A model generated the notes under the pieces. It searched no databases and was not told the DNA's origin. It was given only the letters and a program-made list of their open reading frames with translations. A DNA stretch of 64,000 nt from a virus. Lineage: Duplodnaviria; Heunggongvirae; Uroviricota; Caudoviricetes. The stretch is taken from the IMG/VR virus record IMGVR_UViG_3300032167_005013; one strand, 5' to 3'. Of this stretch, positions 32,277 through 41,374 are shown piece after piece. The position numbers and the translations under genes were made by a program. Each line of letters opens with the position of its first letter. The first letter of the stretch is position 1.

Positions 32277-33761
32277 TTAAAATACATCTGATTTAAATTC
32301 TTCAGCATCATTTTTCTGACGTATCTGTTTTGCCAAATCCATTAATTCCCGATGATGCCGAGCCTCAACCTCATCAGCCCTTTCAAAATAAGTCATAGCA
32401 GTGTCAAAAGTCTCAACTTCGTCACAAGAAATTGTTGCAGTACCATTATCATACCTGATTCCCTCAAAAATCGCGCCCGATTTTCCATTACGATTCTTCA
32501 GAACAGCAAGAGTGGCCTTATTTTTATCAACATCGTCAAGTGAACGTGCAATTGAAATCACAACCTGACAAATCTGTGTCTTGGTAAATGAACCACCAAC
32601 TTGGTCCATAGTAACAACATCAGTACTTGTCACACTACCTCTATTACCCTGAGTTGGAATCCAAATGGCAATATTTAAATTTTTTGCCATATTCTCTATA
32701 CGCCTCATTGTAATCGCATCCCTTGTATAATCCTTTTCCTGATTATACGCAGTCCTCTCAGGAACAAGACATTCAAAGTAGTCAATAATCACAAGGTCAG
32801 GGGAAAAACCTCTATTACGGAGTTTCTTAATATACTTTTCAATGTCAGATGCACTTTTAGTACCTGTATTGAAACGCTTGATTCTAAGATTCTTTGTAAG
32901 AAGTTCTCTATCCTTATAATTAAGGAGTTGTTCTTTAATTTGTTGTCCAACCTCTTTATCCTTAATAATCATTCGGGCTTCAACCTGCGTAAGTTTTGAA
33001 AAATGTTTTCTTGTAATATCAACATCATCATCCTCAAAATAAATCTGCAGAACCTTGAATCCCTCATAATCATTTTGTGGAAGGCGGCATGTTGCAGCAT
33101 TAGATGCTACGCACGTTGAAAACGTTGTTTTACCAAAACCCGCAGAACCAATAAGAAGCCCAACTTTTCCCTTGTTAAGCCCCCCTCCTGCAAGGAGTTC
33201 ATCCAACTTAGATACGCCTGTTGGAATTGCCACCACACTATCAGGGGAAACGGCTTCATCAAGTAGGTCAAAAATTGACTTACCATCGTCATCTTCTTCC
33301 CCTATTGCAGCCGCATCATCAAAGAGTTTCTGACACTCGTCATATCGCTCAATATCACCCTCACGTGCAATATCAAGAATTGTTTTCGATACTCTAATCA
33401 GGTTTTGTTGACGGAAAAACTTAACAGCCAATTCTTTAACCGTTTCAATACCTTCGGTGGACTTTTCCTTAAGATGAGATACAAAAGATTCATTCTGTTC
33501 AACATCAATCTGGGTTGATGCCTTACTGTTGAGTAACATTTTAATTGTCTCATAAGTGGGGCAAGCATCCCACTCCTTAAAATAATCTTTCAATGTTCCC
33601 ACAAAAGTCCTCATAAGAGGCTCTGAAAATACATTCTGATTTACAATGGGGTAGAGTTCCTTGAAGAAACCTGGTTCCTCCACAAACGCTTTAATAAGTT
33701 TATATTGGAAATCAACTCCAAGGAACCCCAAATTGTCTTTATTAATTGTTTTATTACCCAT
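32277..33761 (-). CDS. dnaB: Replicative DNA helicase (DnaB/gp41 family)
   Basis: Walker A GSAGFGKTT, Walker B VIIDY, IWIPTQGNR and KNRNG motifs. Confidence 0.9.
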   Translation of the reverse strand: MGNKTINKDNLGFLGVDFQYKLIKAFVEEPGFFKELYPIVNQNVFSEPLMRTFVGTLKDYFKEWDACPTYETIKMLLNSKASTQIDVEQNESFVSHLKEKSTEGIETVKELAVKFFRQQNLIRVSKTILDIAREGDIERYDECQKLFDDAAAIGEEDDDGKSIFDLLDEAVSPDSVVAIPTGVSKLDELLAGGGLNKGKVGLLIGSAGFGKTTFSTCVASNAATCRLPQNDYEGFKVLQIYFEDDDVDITRKHFSKLTQVEARMIIKDKEVGQQIKEQLLNYKDRELLTKNLRIKRFNTGTKSASDIEKYIKKLRNRGFSPDLVIIDYFECLVPERTAYNQEKDYTRDAITMRRIENMAKNLNIAIWIPTQGNRGSVTSTDVVTMDQVGGSFTKTQICQVVISIARSLDDVDKNKATLAVLKNRNGKSGAIFEGIRYDNGTATISCDEVETFDTAMTYFERADEVEARHHRELMDLAKQIRQKNDAEEFKSDVF

Positions 33762-33775
33762 ATTTTGTTTTTGTT

Positions 33776-34501
33776 TTATGCCTTAACAGTAGTGTACCAT
33801 GAGTTCTCATTGCTACAGGTACTCTGAATCTCCTTGATAATCCTGTAAACATAGTCAGGACGACCACCGAAAATCTTGTAAGACATAAACGCATCAAAAC
33901 CAAGTGTAAAGGCATCAACCTTATCATAACGACCTCTCTTATTTGTGAGGTCAATTGAATTTCTCACATAACGAGGATAAACCCCTGTCCATACTGTTGA
34001 ACACACCTCCTGCCCATTATCAAGGAACGACAACTTATATTCAACATAATCCTCAGAAGTAAGAGGGTTTGTAAACTCACCATCATCAAACTTAAAAGTG
34101 AGAGGCATTACCGAACCACCAACAACATTACCTTCGGCATCAATCTCATGCTTCCATGCAAAATCGTGGTCCTCTACGTTCTTTACAACAATACCGTTAC
34201 CTCCACGCATTCTCTTCTGATTATAAGGGTCAGCAAAAAAACGGTACATCTCATCCTCATCATTAAAAATCTGAGGGCACATCATCTCCATGTAAATGGC
34301 AGACTTATCCTTAAGGTCCTTGTCAATCATATCCGCAAGAAATCTCATTGTATCAAGAATATCCTCAGACTTGAGACTTGTTGGATTAAAATTGAAAATC
34401 TTGAAATACCTCTGACAAATAATATTGTCACCTACAGTCAACTTGAACTCGAAGCGTTCTTTATAGTCTTTCGCTTCAACAGACTTCTTTACTTCAACCA
34501 T
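33776..34501 (-). CDS. Hypothetical protein co-transcribed with the helicase (241 aa)
   Basis: ATG start with its own host-type promoter; no domain recognised. Confidence 0.75.
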   Translation of the reverse strand: MVEVKKSVEAKDYKERFEFKLTVGDNIICQRYFKIFNFNPTSLKSEDILDTMRFLADMIDKDLKDKSAIYMEMMCPQIFNDEDEMYRFFADPYNQKRMRGGNGIVVKNVEDHDFAWKHEIDAEGNVVGGSVMPLTFKFDDGEFTNPLTSEDYVEYKLSFLDNGQEVCSTVWTGVYPRYVRNSIDLTNKRGRYDKVDAFTLGFDAFMSYKIFGGRPDYVYRIIKEIQSTCSNENSWYTTVKA

Positions 34502-34555
34502 TTTGAAATACTATTAATTGTTAAACATACTAAAAATTCCATTGATTCTTAAATG

Positions 34556-34586
34556 CAAAGATAAAAATATTATTTGATAATACAAA
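34556..34586 (-). promoter_or_regulatory. Bacteroidota primary-sigma promoter
   Basis: Minus strand: TTTG (34583-34586), 19-nt spacer, TATCTTTG (34556-34563). Confidence 0.8.
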
Positions 34587-34587
34587 A

Positions 34588-35775
34588 CTATTTTTTACCA
34601 TATTCTTTTGCAAATTTCATCTTTTCTCTATTAGCCAATGAATTAAACTCAATGAAAAAACTTGAAAATTTATTTGAATCGAGTAATTCAAGAATATCAT
34701 CTTCACGAACATAATTTGCTACATTTCCAAATGAGCGTCCTTCAGGGTCAATCGTAGCATACCTCATTGCATTTATTTCCTCCAAAGCACTTTCAGTAAG
34801 AAGAGGCTTGCGAAGATTTATCAGTTTTTCATTAATCTCATAAAAATCGCCTTCATAATTTCTTCTTGAAATGCCGTTAACAACATTTTCCAAAAATTTC
34901 AAAGGCTTTTTCTTATTTTTAACACGTTCTTCATTCAACTCCTTTGCCCTTTCTTTAACCTCATTAACCGTAACAGGTCTATCTTTCATTTCAGGCATAA
35001 TCTCAAATAATTTATTTTCCGATAGACCATCAATGTTACCAATATTATCAGAAGTGTCGCCACAAAAAATCTTTTTGATAAGCACATTTTCACTTGGGTA
35101 GCCGTTTATTGTCCTGAAATTATCATATGTGACAAACGAATTGGTTCGGGGATTAAAAATACACACATCAGGTGCAATCAATTGTGTCAAGTCCATATCT
35201 CCGGATACAATCACAATTTTTTCATTAGGTTTCTTATTCAGAACATAGTATGCCATAATATCATCACCTTCAGTGTCCCTATCACATATACACCTTATGA
35301 AGAGTTCTTCAAAATATCTCATCAACATCTGACGTTGACGGGCAAAATCCTCTTTCTTCTTTATCTCTTCAGGACTTTTATCCTTCTTTGGCTTCTTCTT
35401 TGAAAAGATAGCGGACCTCATCTTACGGAGGCTCTCATTATATGCTTTAGCATAATCCGATTCACCCTCCATATATGCATCATAGTTCTTGTCTCTATTA
35501 GCCTTATATTCATTATATAACCTATAACGCATTATACCGCTATTATCATCATCGAAGACAACATATACATAATCAAAATCTTTTTTCTTAAGGAGGTTCT
35601 TCATCTTCACCAAAAACGTGAAAAATGCACCATATTCCTCGCCACGAGTGTTAACTTTATTCGCAACCTCACATATCTTAAGAACATTAGTCCCATCCAC
35701 CAATAAAGTATAAATCGGTTTCTCAGCCAATTCAGGGTGAGAAACAATAATATTCTGTCTTACAGGTTGTGCCAT
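34588..35775 (-). CDS. 5'-3' exonuclease / flap endonuclease (T4 RNase H / PolI N-terminal family)
   Basis: LLVDG.N, VVFDD, YKANR, EGDDIMA, VSGDMDLTQL, GDTSDNI motifs; ATG 35775 (MAQPV) preferred. Confidence 0.9.
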   Translation of the reverse strand: MAQPVRQNIIVSHPELAEKPIYTLLVDGTNVLKICEVANKVNTRGEEYGAFFTFLVKMKNLLKKKDFDYVYVVFDDDNSGIMRYRLYNEYKANRDKNYDAYMEGESDYAKAYNESLRKMRSAIFSKKKPKKDKSPEEIKKKEDFARQRQMLMRYFEELFIRCICDRDTEGDDIMAYYVLNKKPNEKIVIVSGDMDLTQLIAPDVCIFNPRTNSFVTYDNFRTINGYPSENVLIKKIFCGDTSDNIGNIDGLSENKLFEIMPEMKDRPVTVNEVKERAKELNEERVKNKKKPLKFLENVVNGISRRNYEGDFYEINEKLINLRKPLLTESALEEINAMRYATIDPEGRSFGNVANYVREDDILELLDSNKFSSFFIEFNSLANREKMKFAKEYGKK

Positions 35776-35779
35776 TATT

Positions 35780-35896
35780 TTACTCCCCCTCATTATCTAA
35801 ACCAGAAAAAAATTCCTCAAAATCCTCTCCATCCCAAAAAAAGAAATCGTCATCAATTTCATCATCAAACCATGTTTCATCAAAATCCCTTTCCAT
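35780..35896 (-). CDS. 38-aa acidic/aromatic microprotein
   Basis: Hand translation MERDFDETWFDDEIDDDFFFWDGEDFEEFFSGLDNEGE; ATG start, TAA stop 4 nt before the exonuclease start; below the track length cutoff. Confidence 0.6.
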   Translation of the reverse strand: MERDFDETWFDDEIDDDFFFWDGEDFEEFFSGLDNEGE

Positions 35897-35922
35897 TATA
35901 GTTTTCCTCTACCATTTTTATC

Positions 35923-36110
35923 AACCTATCATATAATAACTAAAAACTCCTATTTTTCTATATTATATGATAGGTTATAACTTATCACATGTGTTATTTT
36001 ATAACAGTTTTTTATATATAACTTATCGTATATAATGATTAATATAACTGTAAATATATTACCATTTAAATACAAAAATAAGGGATAAATGGTAATATAT
36101 TACCATTTAT
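35923..36110. repeat. AT-rich intergenic cluster of inverted and direct repeats
   Basis: 16-bp IR 35923-35938/35961-35976; 11-bp DR 35976-35986/36017-36027; 16-bp IR 36053-36068/36086-36101; perfect 26-bp palindrome 36085-36110. Confidence 0.85.
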
Positions 36111-38059
36111 TACTTCAAATATTTTTCAGTAAAACCATCAATATCCATAATTTCAATACCCATCTTCTCAGCCTTTTTCATCTTGCTTGAATTTGAAGAT
36201 AAGTCTTTAACAATCAAACAGGTCGTGGCCTTTGTAACGCCATCACCAATAATACCACCAAGTTCCTCAATCTTCGAAAACATTTCTTGGTTTCTAAAAC
36301 CTGTCACACAAACAACCATCCCATTAAGAGGGCCTTCAGATACCGGGGTTGTGACATATGAAAATTTAAAATCCTCTACGAGTTCATTCCAAAATATAAG
36401 TTTCTCATATCCATCAATGAATTTCTGAGCAGTAATTTCCTTAACACCCTCAATAGTAAGAAGATAATCCATTGCACAACCATCCATTCCACGAGCATCA
36501 ATTATCTTCTGAAGAGTCTTTTCACCAAGGTCGGAAAACCATCCTGTGGCATGAAGAAACCTTGCAAACGGAAGTTCAGTCTTAATCCTATTCAGTTCAG
36601 ATAAGAACTTATTGACGCTAACATCAGCCCATCCATCAAGGCCAATAAGGTCATCATATTGAAGGCCAAAGACCTCAAAATAGTTTTCTACTAAACCACA
36701 TTCAAATAATTGGGTAAATGTCTTTTCACCAAAACCATCAATGCCCGCAATTTCAAAAAATTTCACTAAAGAAGACAGTCTTCTTCCTTTACAGTAATCA
36801 TTCACGCAAGCCATTTCACACCAATCACCATCAGGCCCATAAACAGGTTGTAACTCATGTCCGCATATAGGACATTCATCCAATGAATTAACCTCATAAT
36901 TATCAACCATCAGCATAGTAACACAAGACTTTCTCTCCTGAAGAGCAACCGCATATGCGTCTTCATACTCCTTGACCGTCTTATATTCTTCTCTGAAAGG
37001 AATCATCTTACCACCAACCCCAATTACCTTAGGAATTACTTCTCCTGAACGAATAACAGTCACCATTTCCCCAGGATAAAGCATCCAATCATGGATATAT
37101 CGCATATTAATCCCACTTACCCGCTGTATATCTGCACCCGCAAGATTAATAGACTCCTTAAGAATAAGAACCGGAGTTACAACACCCTCCCTATTAACAC
37201 TACGTTCAATTCGGTCAATTACCCCATAACCAACCTCAGAAAAACTTGGATGCTTATAAGCGACTGAATAACTTGGATTACCATTAGCCTCGACACTATG
37301 TCGATGCACATCCTCATTAACATCTATCACAAGGCCGTCAATTGGATATAGTTGTTTCCACTGTATAAACATATTCAACAACTTTTCCTCAGTAAGATGA
37401 TGTGGATTTGTTACCTTCTCATAGTTCTGATTCATCAATGCCATCAACTGCTCCTCCTTACTCGTCGTGGAACCTTGAATCTCATATGGCATCACTCTTA
37501 AAAGGGCGTACTCATTCTTCCTACCATTATCAAAATCTCCGTTAATCAAACCCGTTGCGGAATTCCTTTGGGACTTGGCACCCTCATTAATCTCCTTAAA
37601 CTTTTTCCAATCGGCATTGTCAATTATAATCTCCCCACGGACAACCATTTTTTCCGAAATGCTTGGTTTAAGATAAATTGCCGATACATGTTCAGTACAA
37701 TCCTGCCCTGTTGTTCCATCTCCCCTCGTCCACGATTTATCAGTACTCATTCCAACAGAAAGGCCATCATATTTAGGGGTAATGATAAACGTCGCATAAG
37801 GAAATTTCTTCATCCAAGCAATAAGGTCATCATAATTCTTAATCTTATCTAAAGACATCATTGGATAAGGTAATTTCATCTCCCTACTTTTAGGTTTTTC
37901 ATCATTCACACCTTTCTTGAACCATTCATCATCAGGATTCATATCTCTAAGTTCCTGTTCAAGAGCATCATATTCAACATCGCTCATAATTGGAGTCCCT
38001 TCTCTATAAGCATCATTTGCTACCTTCAGTTCCTCCCTAATATTATTAATATTTCTCAT
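36110..38059 (-). CDS. ligA: NAD-dependent DNA ligase
   Basis: Domain Ia (DAYR...MSDVEYD), motif I KYDG, IDGLVI, OB fold, C4 zinc finger, HhH, C-terminal BRCT. Confidence 0.95.
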   Translation of the reverse strand: MRNINNIREELKVANDAYREGTPIMSDVEYDALEQELRDMNPDDEWFKKGVNDEKPKSREMKLPYPMMSLDKIKNYDDLIAWMKKFPYATFIITPKYDGLSVGMSTDKSWTRGDGTTGQDCTEHVSAIYLKPSISEKMVVRGEIIIDNADWKKFKEINEGAKSQRNSATGLINGDFDNGRKNEYALLRVMPYEIQGSTTSKEEQLMALMNQNYEKVTNPHHLTEEKLLNMFIQWKQLYPIDGLVIDVNEDVHRHSVEANGNPSYSVAYKHPSFSEVGYGVIDRIERSVNREGVVTPVLILKESINLAGADIQRVSGINMRYIHDWMLYPGEMVTVIRSGEVIPKVIGVGGKMIPFREEYKTVKEYEDAYAVALQERKSCVTMLMVDNYEVNSLDECPICGHELQPVYGPDGDWCEMACVNDYCKGRRLSSLVKFFEIAGIDGFGEKTFTQLFECGLVENYFEVFGLQYDDLIGLDGWADVSVNKFLSELNRIKTELPFARFLHATGWFSDLGEKTLQKIIDARGMDGCAMDYLLTIEGVKEITAQKFIDGYEKLIFWNELVEDFKFSYVTTPVSEGPLNGMVVCVTGFRNQEMFSKIEELGGIIGDGVTKATTCLIVKDLSSNSSKMKKAEKMGIEIMDIDGFTEKYLK

Positions 38060-38078
38060 AATTAAAAATTTTCTTTTG

Positions 38079-38110
38079 CAAATATAGGTTTTATTTTTAA
38101 TAAAAACAAA
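38079..38110 (-). promoter_or_regulatory. Bacteroidota primary-sigma promoter for the ligase
   Basis: Minus strand: TTTG (38107-38110), 20-nt spacer, TATATTTG (38079-38086). Confidence 0.75.
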
Positions 38111-38135
38111 AGAAGGGACAAATATCCCTTCTTTT
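38108..38135 (-). terminator. Intrinsic terminator after recA
   Basis: AAAAGAAGGGA-caaata-TCCCTTCTTTT hairpin. Confidence 0.8.
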
Positions 38136-38139
38136 TAAG

Positions 38140-39270
38140 TTATTCAAAAGACTCTTCTTCAGTAAATTCAATTTCATCTACTGTTGCATTTTTAAGTTTA
38201 CCACTCGTATCACCCGATTTTAATTGAGCCAAAATATCAGGGAGAACCTTTTTCTTATATTCTTCAATTTCACTTTCAGCAATAATACCATGACTTGTAC
38301 AAATTATTTCTCCCTCATATGTCACGTTATACGGAGTCGGCAAATGGTTCTTCTTTATTGAAATTGGCGCTTCGGTTCCGAACACATACTTTTCACCTTT
38401 CAAAGTTGCCTGTAGTTTCTTAACACCTGACATAACAATTTTTCCACAGAAAATGAGCAAACGAAGAGCATACTCAAAACTTACGCCACCCTTGAGCTTA
38501 ACCGAAGGTTTACCCATTGTCGCCATTGATGAGTCCCAAATCTTATTCACAATAAAGAATGAATTAGTATATGGATAATTCTGACTTCTTGATGATGGAA
38601 TTCTCGTATTTACAATTGTATTGAACGCAACTGATATTGAGTTAGCATCAAACATATTATTACCTGCTTTAGAAGTATATGATTTCCAACTACCAACACT
38701 ACCTACTGAATCCCATATAAAAAGAAGTTCAACAGGAAGTTCACCTGACTCCTGTTTATCAAGCAAGTCATTAATAATATATGCAATATCCTCAACTACT
38801 GCAACTTTTCTTTTAGTTGATTTTCTCGTCATAGTTGAATAATCCATATCCCCACAATATTCACAGATGGCCTCATTGTTAAAAAGGATGAAATTACCGT
38901 CATAATCAATAATTTTCTCTTCACCTGTTTCCTCATCAACACCCATAATAGGAGTTGCTTCCATACCACAATTTATTGCATATTGAAAATCAAAATTACT
39001 TTCAGTCTCAAACAATACAGGGAGGACACCTTGACGTTGCGCAGACGCAATCAAGCAATTTTTCAATGTTGACTTACCTGTAGAATTCCAACCACAGCAT
39101 CCAGAAAAATAACCTTTAGGTATTCCCGGAAGGGATAGTGCATCAACATATCCTTTAGGCATTATAAACCACTCCATTGGTTTATCCGCTGTAGTAGGTA
39201 ATTTTAGATTCTTTTTAAAATCTTTAATATCAAATGCTTTAACATTTTTTTTCTTTAACGGCTGTGCCAT
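38140..39270 (-). CDS. recA: RecA/UvsX-like recombinase
   Basis: Walker A GWNSTGKST, Walker B FIWDSVG, acidic C-tail; -7 element TATATTTG at 39302-39309. Confidence 0.85.
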   Translation of the reverse strand: MAQPLKKKNVKAFDIKDFKKNLKLPTTADKPMEWFIMPKGYVDALSLPGIPKGYFSGCCGWNSTGKSTLKNCLIASAQRQGVLPVLFETESNFDFQYAINCGMEATPIMGVDEETGEEKIIDYDGNFILFNNEAICEYCGDMDYSTMTRKSTKRKVAVVEDIAYIINDLLDKQESGELPVELLFIWDSVGSVGSWKSYTSKAGNNMFDANSISVAFNTIVNTRIPSSRSQNYPYTNSFFIVNKIWDSSMATMGKPSVKLKGGVSFEYALRLLIFCGKIVMSGVKKLQATLKGEKYVFGTEAPISIKKNHLPTPYNVTYEGEIICTSHGIIAESEIEEYKKKVLPDILAQLKSGDTSGKLKNATVDEIEFTEEESFE

Positions 39271-39316
39271 ATTATATAAATTTTATTTTATTATTCTTTC
39301 GCAAATATAACGAAAA

Positions 39317-39940
39317 TTATTGATTTTTCCTAATATACAACGGATTTTCTACCTTCTCATAGTAACATTTCCGACACATTGAAACATAACGGTCATCACC
39401 ACCAACTTCAATCTGTTCACCATCAACAACAACATTTCCGTCCTTGTCAACACGAGCATTGAAAATTGTCTTCCCATCACATTCGCAACTTGATTTAATT
39501 TCAATCAACGAATCCGCCACTTCAAAAAGGCGTTTACTCCCTTCAAAAAGATTTGTCTGAAAATCGGTACGAAGCCCGTAACACATGACACTAATATCGA
39601 ACTTATCAACAACTGCAGCCAATTGGTCAACCTGTTCCTTTGAAAGGAATTGTGATTCATCAACAAGAATCCATTTAAGTTGTGGCTTGTACATGGCATT
39701 ATTAATGTTAACCATTGTCGATATCAGTTTATAGATATTTGTTGTTTTCTTGATAGTAACACACTCCCTATCACCTAACGCACGTGAATGTATAACATCT
39801 GTACCATCACGGTCATCAATCTCACTTTTCAATATTATAAACGGAATTTTCTTTTCTTGGAAATTATGAGCCTGTGCCAACAATTGCAGACTCTTTCCTG
39901 AATTCATAGTTCCATACGAAAAATAGAGTTTCTTACTCAT
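39317..39940 (-). CDS. tdk: Thymidine kinase
   Basis: GTMNSGKS, ILVDESQF, YGLRTDF, C-terminal CEC...CRKC zinc site. Confidence 0.95.
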   Translation of the reverse strand: MSKKLYFSYGTMNSGKSLQLLAQAHNFQEKKIPFIILKSEIDDRDGTDVIHSRALGDRECVTIKKTTNIYKLISTMVNINNAMYKPQLKWILVDESQFLSKEQVDQLAAVVDKFDISVMCYGLRTDFQTNLFEGSKRLFEVADSLIEIKSSCECDGKTIFNARVDKDGNVVVDGEQIEVGGDDRYVSMCRKCYYEKVENPLYIRKNQ

Positions 39941-39969
39941 TTAATAATCAATAAATTATATAACAAAAG

Positions 39970-40001
39970 GAGCCCATAGGATACAATTATCCCATAGGCT
40001 C
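39970..40001 (-). terminator. Intrinsic terminator after SSB
   Basis: 14-bp stem with two G-U pairs in the minus-strand RNA, 4-nt loop, followed by CUUUUGUU. Confidence 0.75.
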
Positions 40002-40014
40002 ATTTGTCTTATTT

Positions 40015-41016
40015 TTAGAATGGAAGGTCTTCCTCGTCCTTATCATCCATGAACATGGTATTCACCTCAGCCTCAGCCTTGGCCATCTGTTCTTCAACCT
40101 CAGATTCAACCTTTGCATTAGCAGCGTCACGCTGTGCATCTGCAGTTGTCTTCGGAATCCACTTTCCTGATTCTCTATCAAACCAAGGAATCTCACCTGT
40201 ACTGATAATTGAAAGATATTCATAAGGTTTAACAACAAAAACGTCACTCCACTTCTTTGTGTCGTTAATCCACTCACTCATGAGAGCCTCATCCTTAGAA
40301 ATTGGTGTCTGAGAGAGAGCCTGTGTAACTGTTGTTGTTGTCTTATTATCCTTATCATTATCTGAACCCGAAATTGTAATAATAATGTCACGTCCCTTGA
40401 ATGAATCATAAAGATTTTCCTCTACACCCTCTTCAAGTCCCTCCTTATAAAGGCGCTCCGCAAGCTTCTTAATGAGAGAATATGCATCATCACCTCTACG
40501 TGAGACATTTACTTTCCAAAACTTAGGTCCCTCAGATTCTTTGCCACGTTCAATTACGCGCATAATGATAGTCTCTCTTGCAATGTTTCCAAGAGATAGT
40601 TCTTTAAGTTTCTCCTTTTTGGTTGGGTCTGTTTCAGACACTGATTCATTATAAGCACTCCTCTGTAACTCACAGAAAGGACACTTCTTACCAAACTTCT
40701 CGTGGTCAATATCAGACTTTTCAAGGCAGATGTATGACTTGAAACCTGATTCCGAAACCTCCTTTGGAAGCTTGTTTACTGAATGTGTGTGAACCTTGAT
40801 AAATGGACTGTATCCGGGCTGTCCCGGATTAGGGAGAAGTCTGACTCTTATTTCCTTTGTCTTCTCACCATTCTTAAGACGTGTGTCAAGATAATTCTTA
40901 GGGTCAAATGAATTGAACTTTGTTGTACCCTTATTTTCTCTCTTCGACTTCATTTCCTCCTCAATCTGAGCGAGTTCTGCAAAATTTACGCTAGGAATGT
41001 TAACCAAATTTCCCAT
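40015..41016 (-). CDS. Single-stranded DNA-binding protein (gp32-like)
   Basis: VRLLP, CL...KKCPFC zinc site, GPKFW, GRDIII, acidic tail ending DEEDLPF. Promoter variant TTTG-N19-TATCTTTA at 41062-41092. Confidence 0.85.
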   Translation of the reverse strand: MGNLVNIPSVNFAELAQIEEEMKSKRENKGTTKFNSFDPKNYLDTRLKNGEKTKEIRVRLLPNPGQPGYSPFIKVHTHSVNKLPKEVSESGFKSYICLEKSDIDHEKFGKKCPFCELQRSAYNESVSETDPTKKEKLKELSLGNIARETIIMRVIERGKESEGPKFWKVNVSRRGDDAYSLIKKLAERLYKEGLEEGVEENLYDSFKGRDIIITISGSDNDKDNKTTTTVTQALSQTPISKDEALMSEWINDTKKWSDVFVVKPYEYLSIISTGEIPWFDRESGKWIPKTTADAQRDAANAKVESEVEEQMAKAEAEVNTMFMDDKDEEDLPF

Positions 41017-41116
41017 TTCAATAAAATATTTTTAAAAAATTATTATAATCGTTTCTAAATGTAAAGATAGGTAAAAAAACGTTAAAAACAAAACGTTTTT
41101 AATAAAAATTTTCGGT

Positions 41117-41138
41117 CATCAGGGATATATCCCTGATG
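41117..41138 (-). terminator. Intrinsic terminator after bS21
   Basis: Perfect palindrome CATCAGGGATATATCCCTGATG followed by a T-rich tract on the minus strand. Confidence 0.85.
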
Positions 41139-41160
41139 CCGTAATACGTTAAATTAACAA

Positions 41161-41355
41161 CTAATTTTCGTGGTCAAGTTTATACTTGTTGGCATAAATT
41201 GCCTTCTTCATCTTTGTTCTGTGTTCGACAGAAGGCTTAACATATTCCTTCCTTTCTCTAAGTTGTTTAATTAATTTTGTCTGTTGTTCCTTTCTTTTGA
41301 ATTTTTTGAGGGCTTTCTCTATTGTATCCCCCTCATTAACCTTAACAATAAGCAT
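41161..41355 (-). CDS. rpsU: Phage-encoded 30S ribosomal protein bS21
   Basis: MLIVKV.EG..IEKALKKFKRK...LRERKEYVKPSV matches the S21 signature, Bacteroidota-like. Confidence 0.92.
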   Translation of the reverse strand: MLIVKVNEGDTIEKALKKFKRKEQQTKLIKQLRERKEYVKPSVEHRTKMKKAIYANKYKLDHEN

Positions 41356-41364
41356 TAATATAAT

Positions 41365-41369
41365 CTCCT
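41365..41369 (-). promoter_or_regulatory. Shine-Dalgarno site of the bS21 gene
   Basis: Minus strand AATAGGAG-ATTATATTA-ATG: AGGAG, 9-nt spacer. Confidence 0.7.
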
Positions 41370-41374
41370 ATTCT

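Noticed and set aside
35982-35989. DnaA box (TTATCACA)
   Set aside because: One base short of TTATNCACA and single-copy; not enough to support a call.
32277-39940. Inteins or group I introns in helicase, ligase, RecA or TK
   Set aside because: Lengths are ordinary and motifs are contiguous; no C...HN splice junctions or interrupted frames seen.
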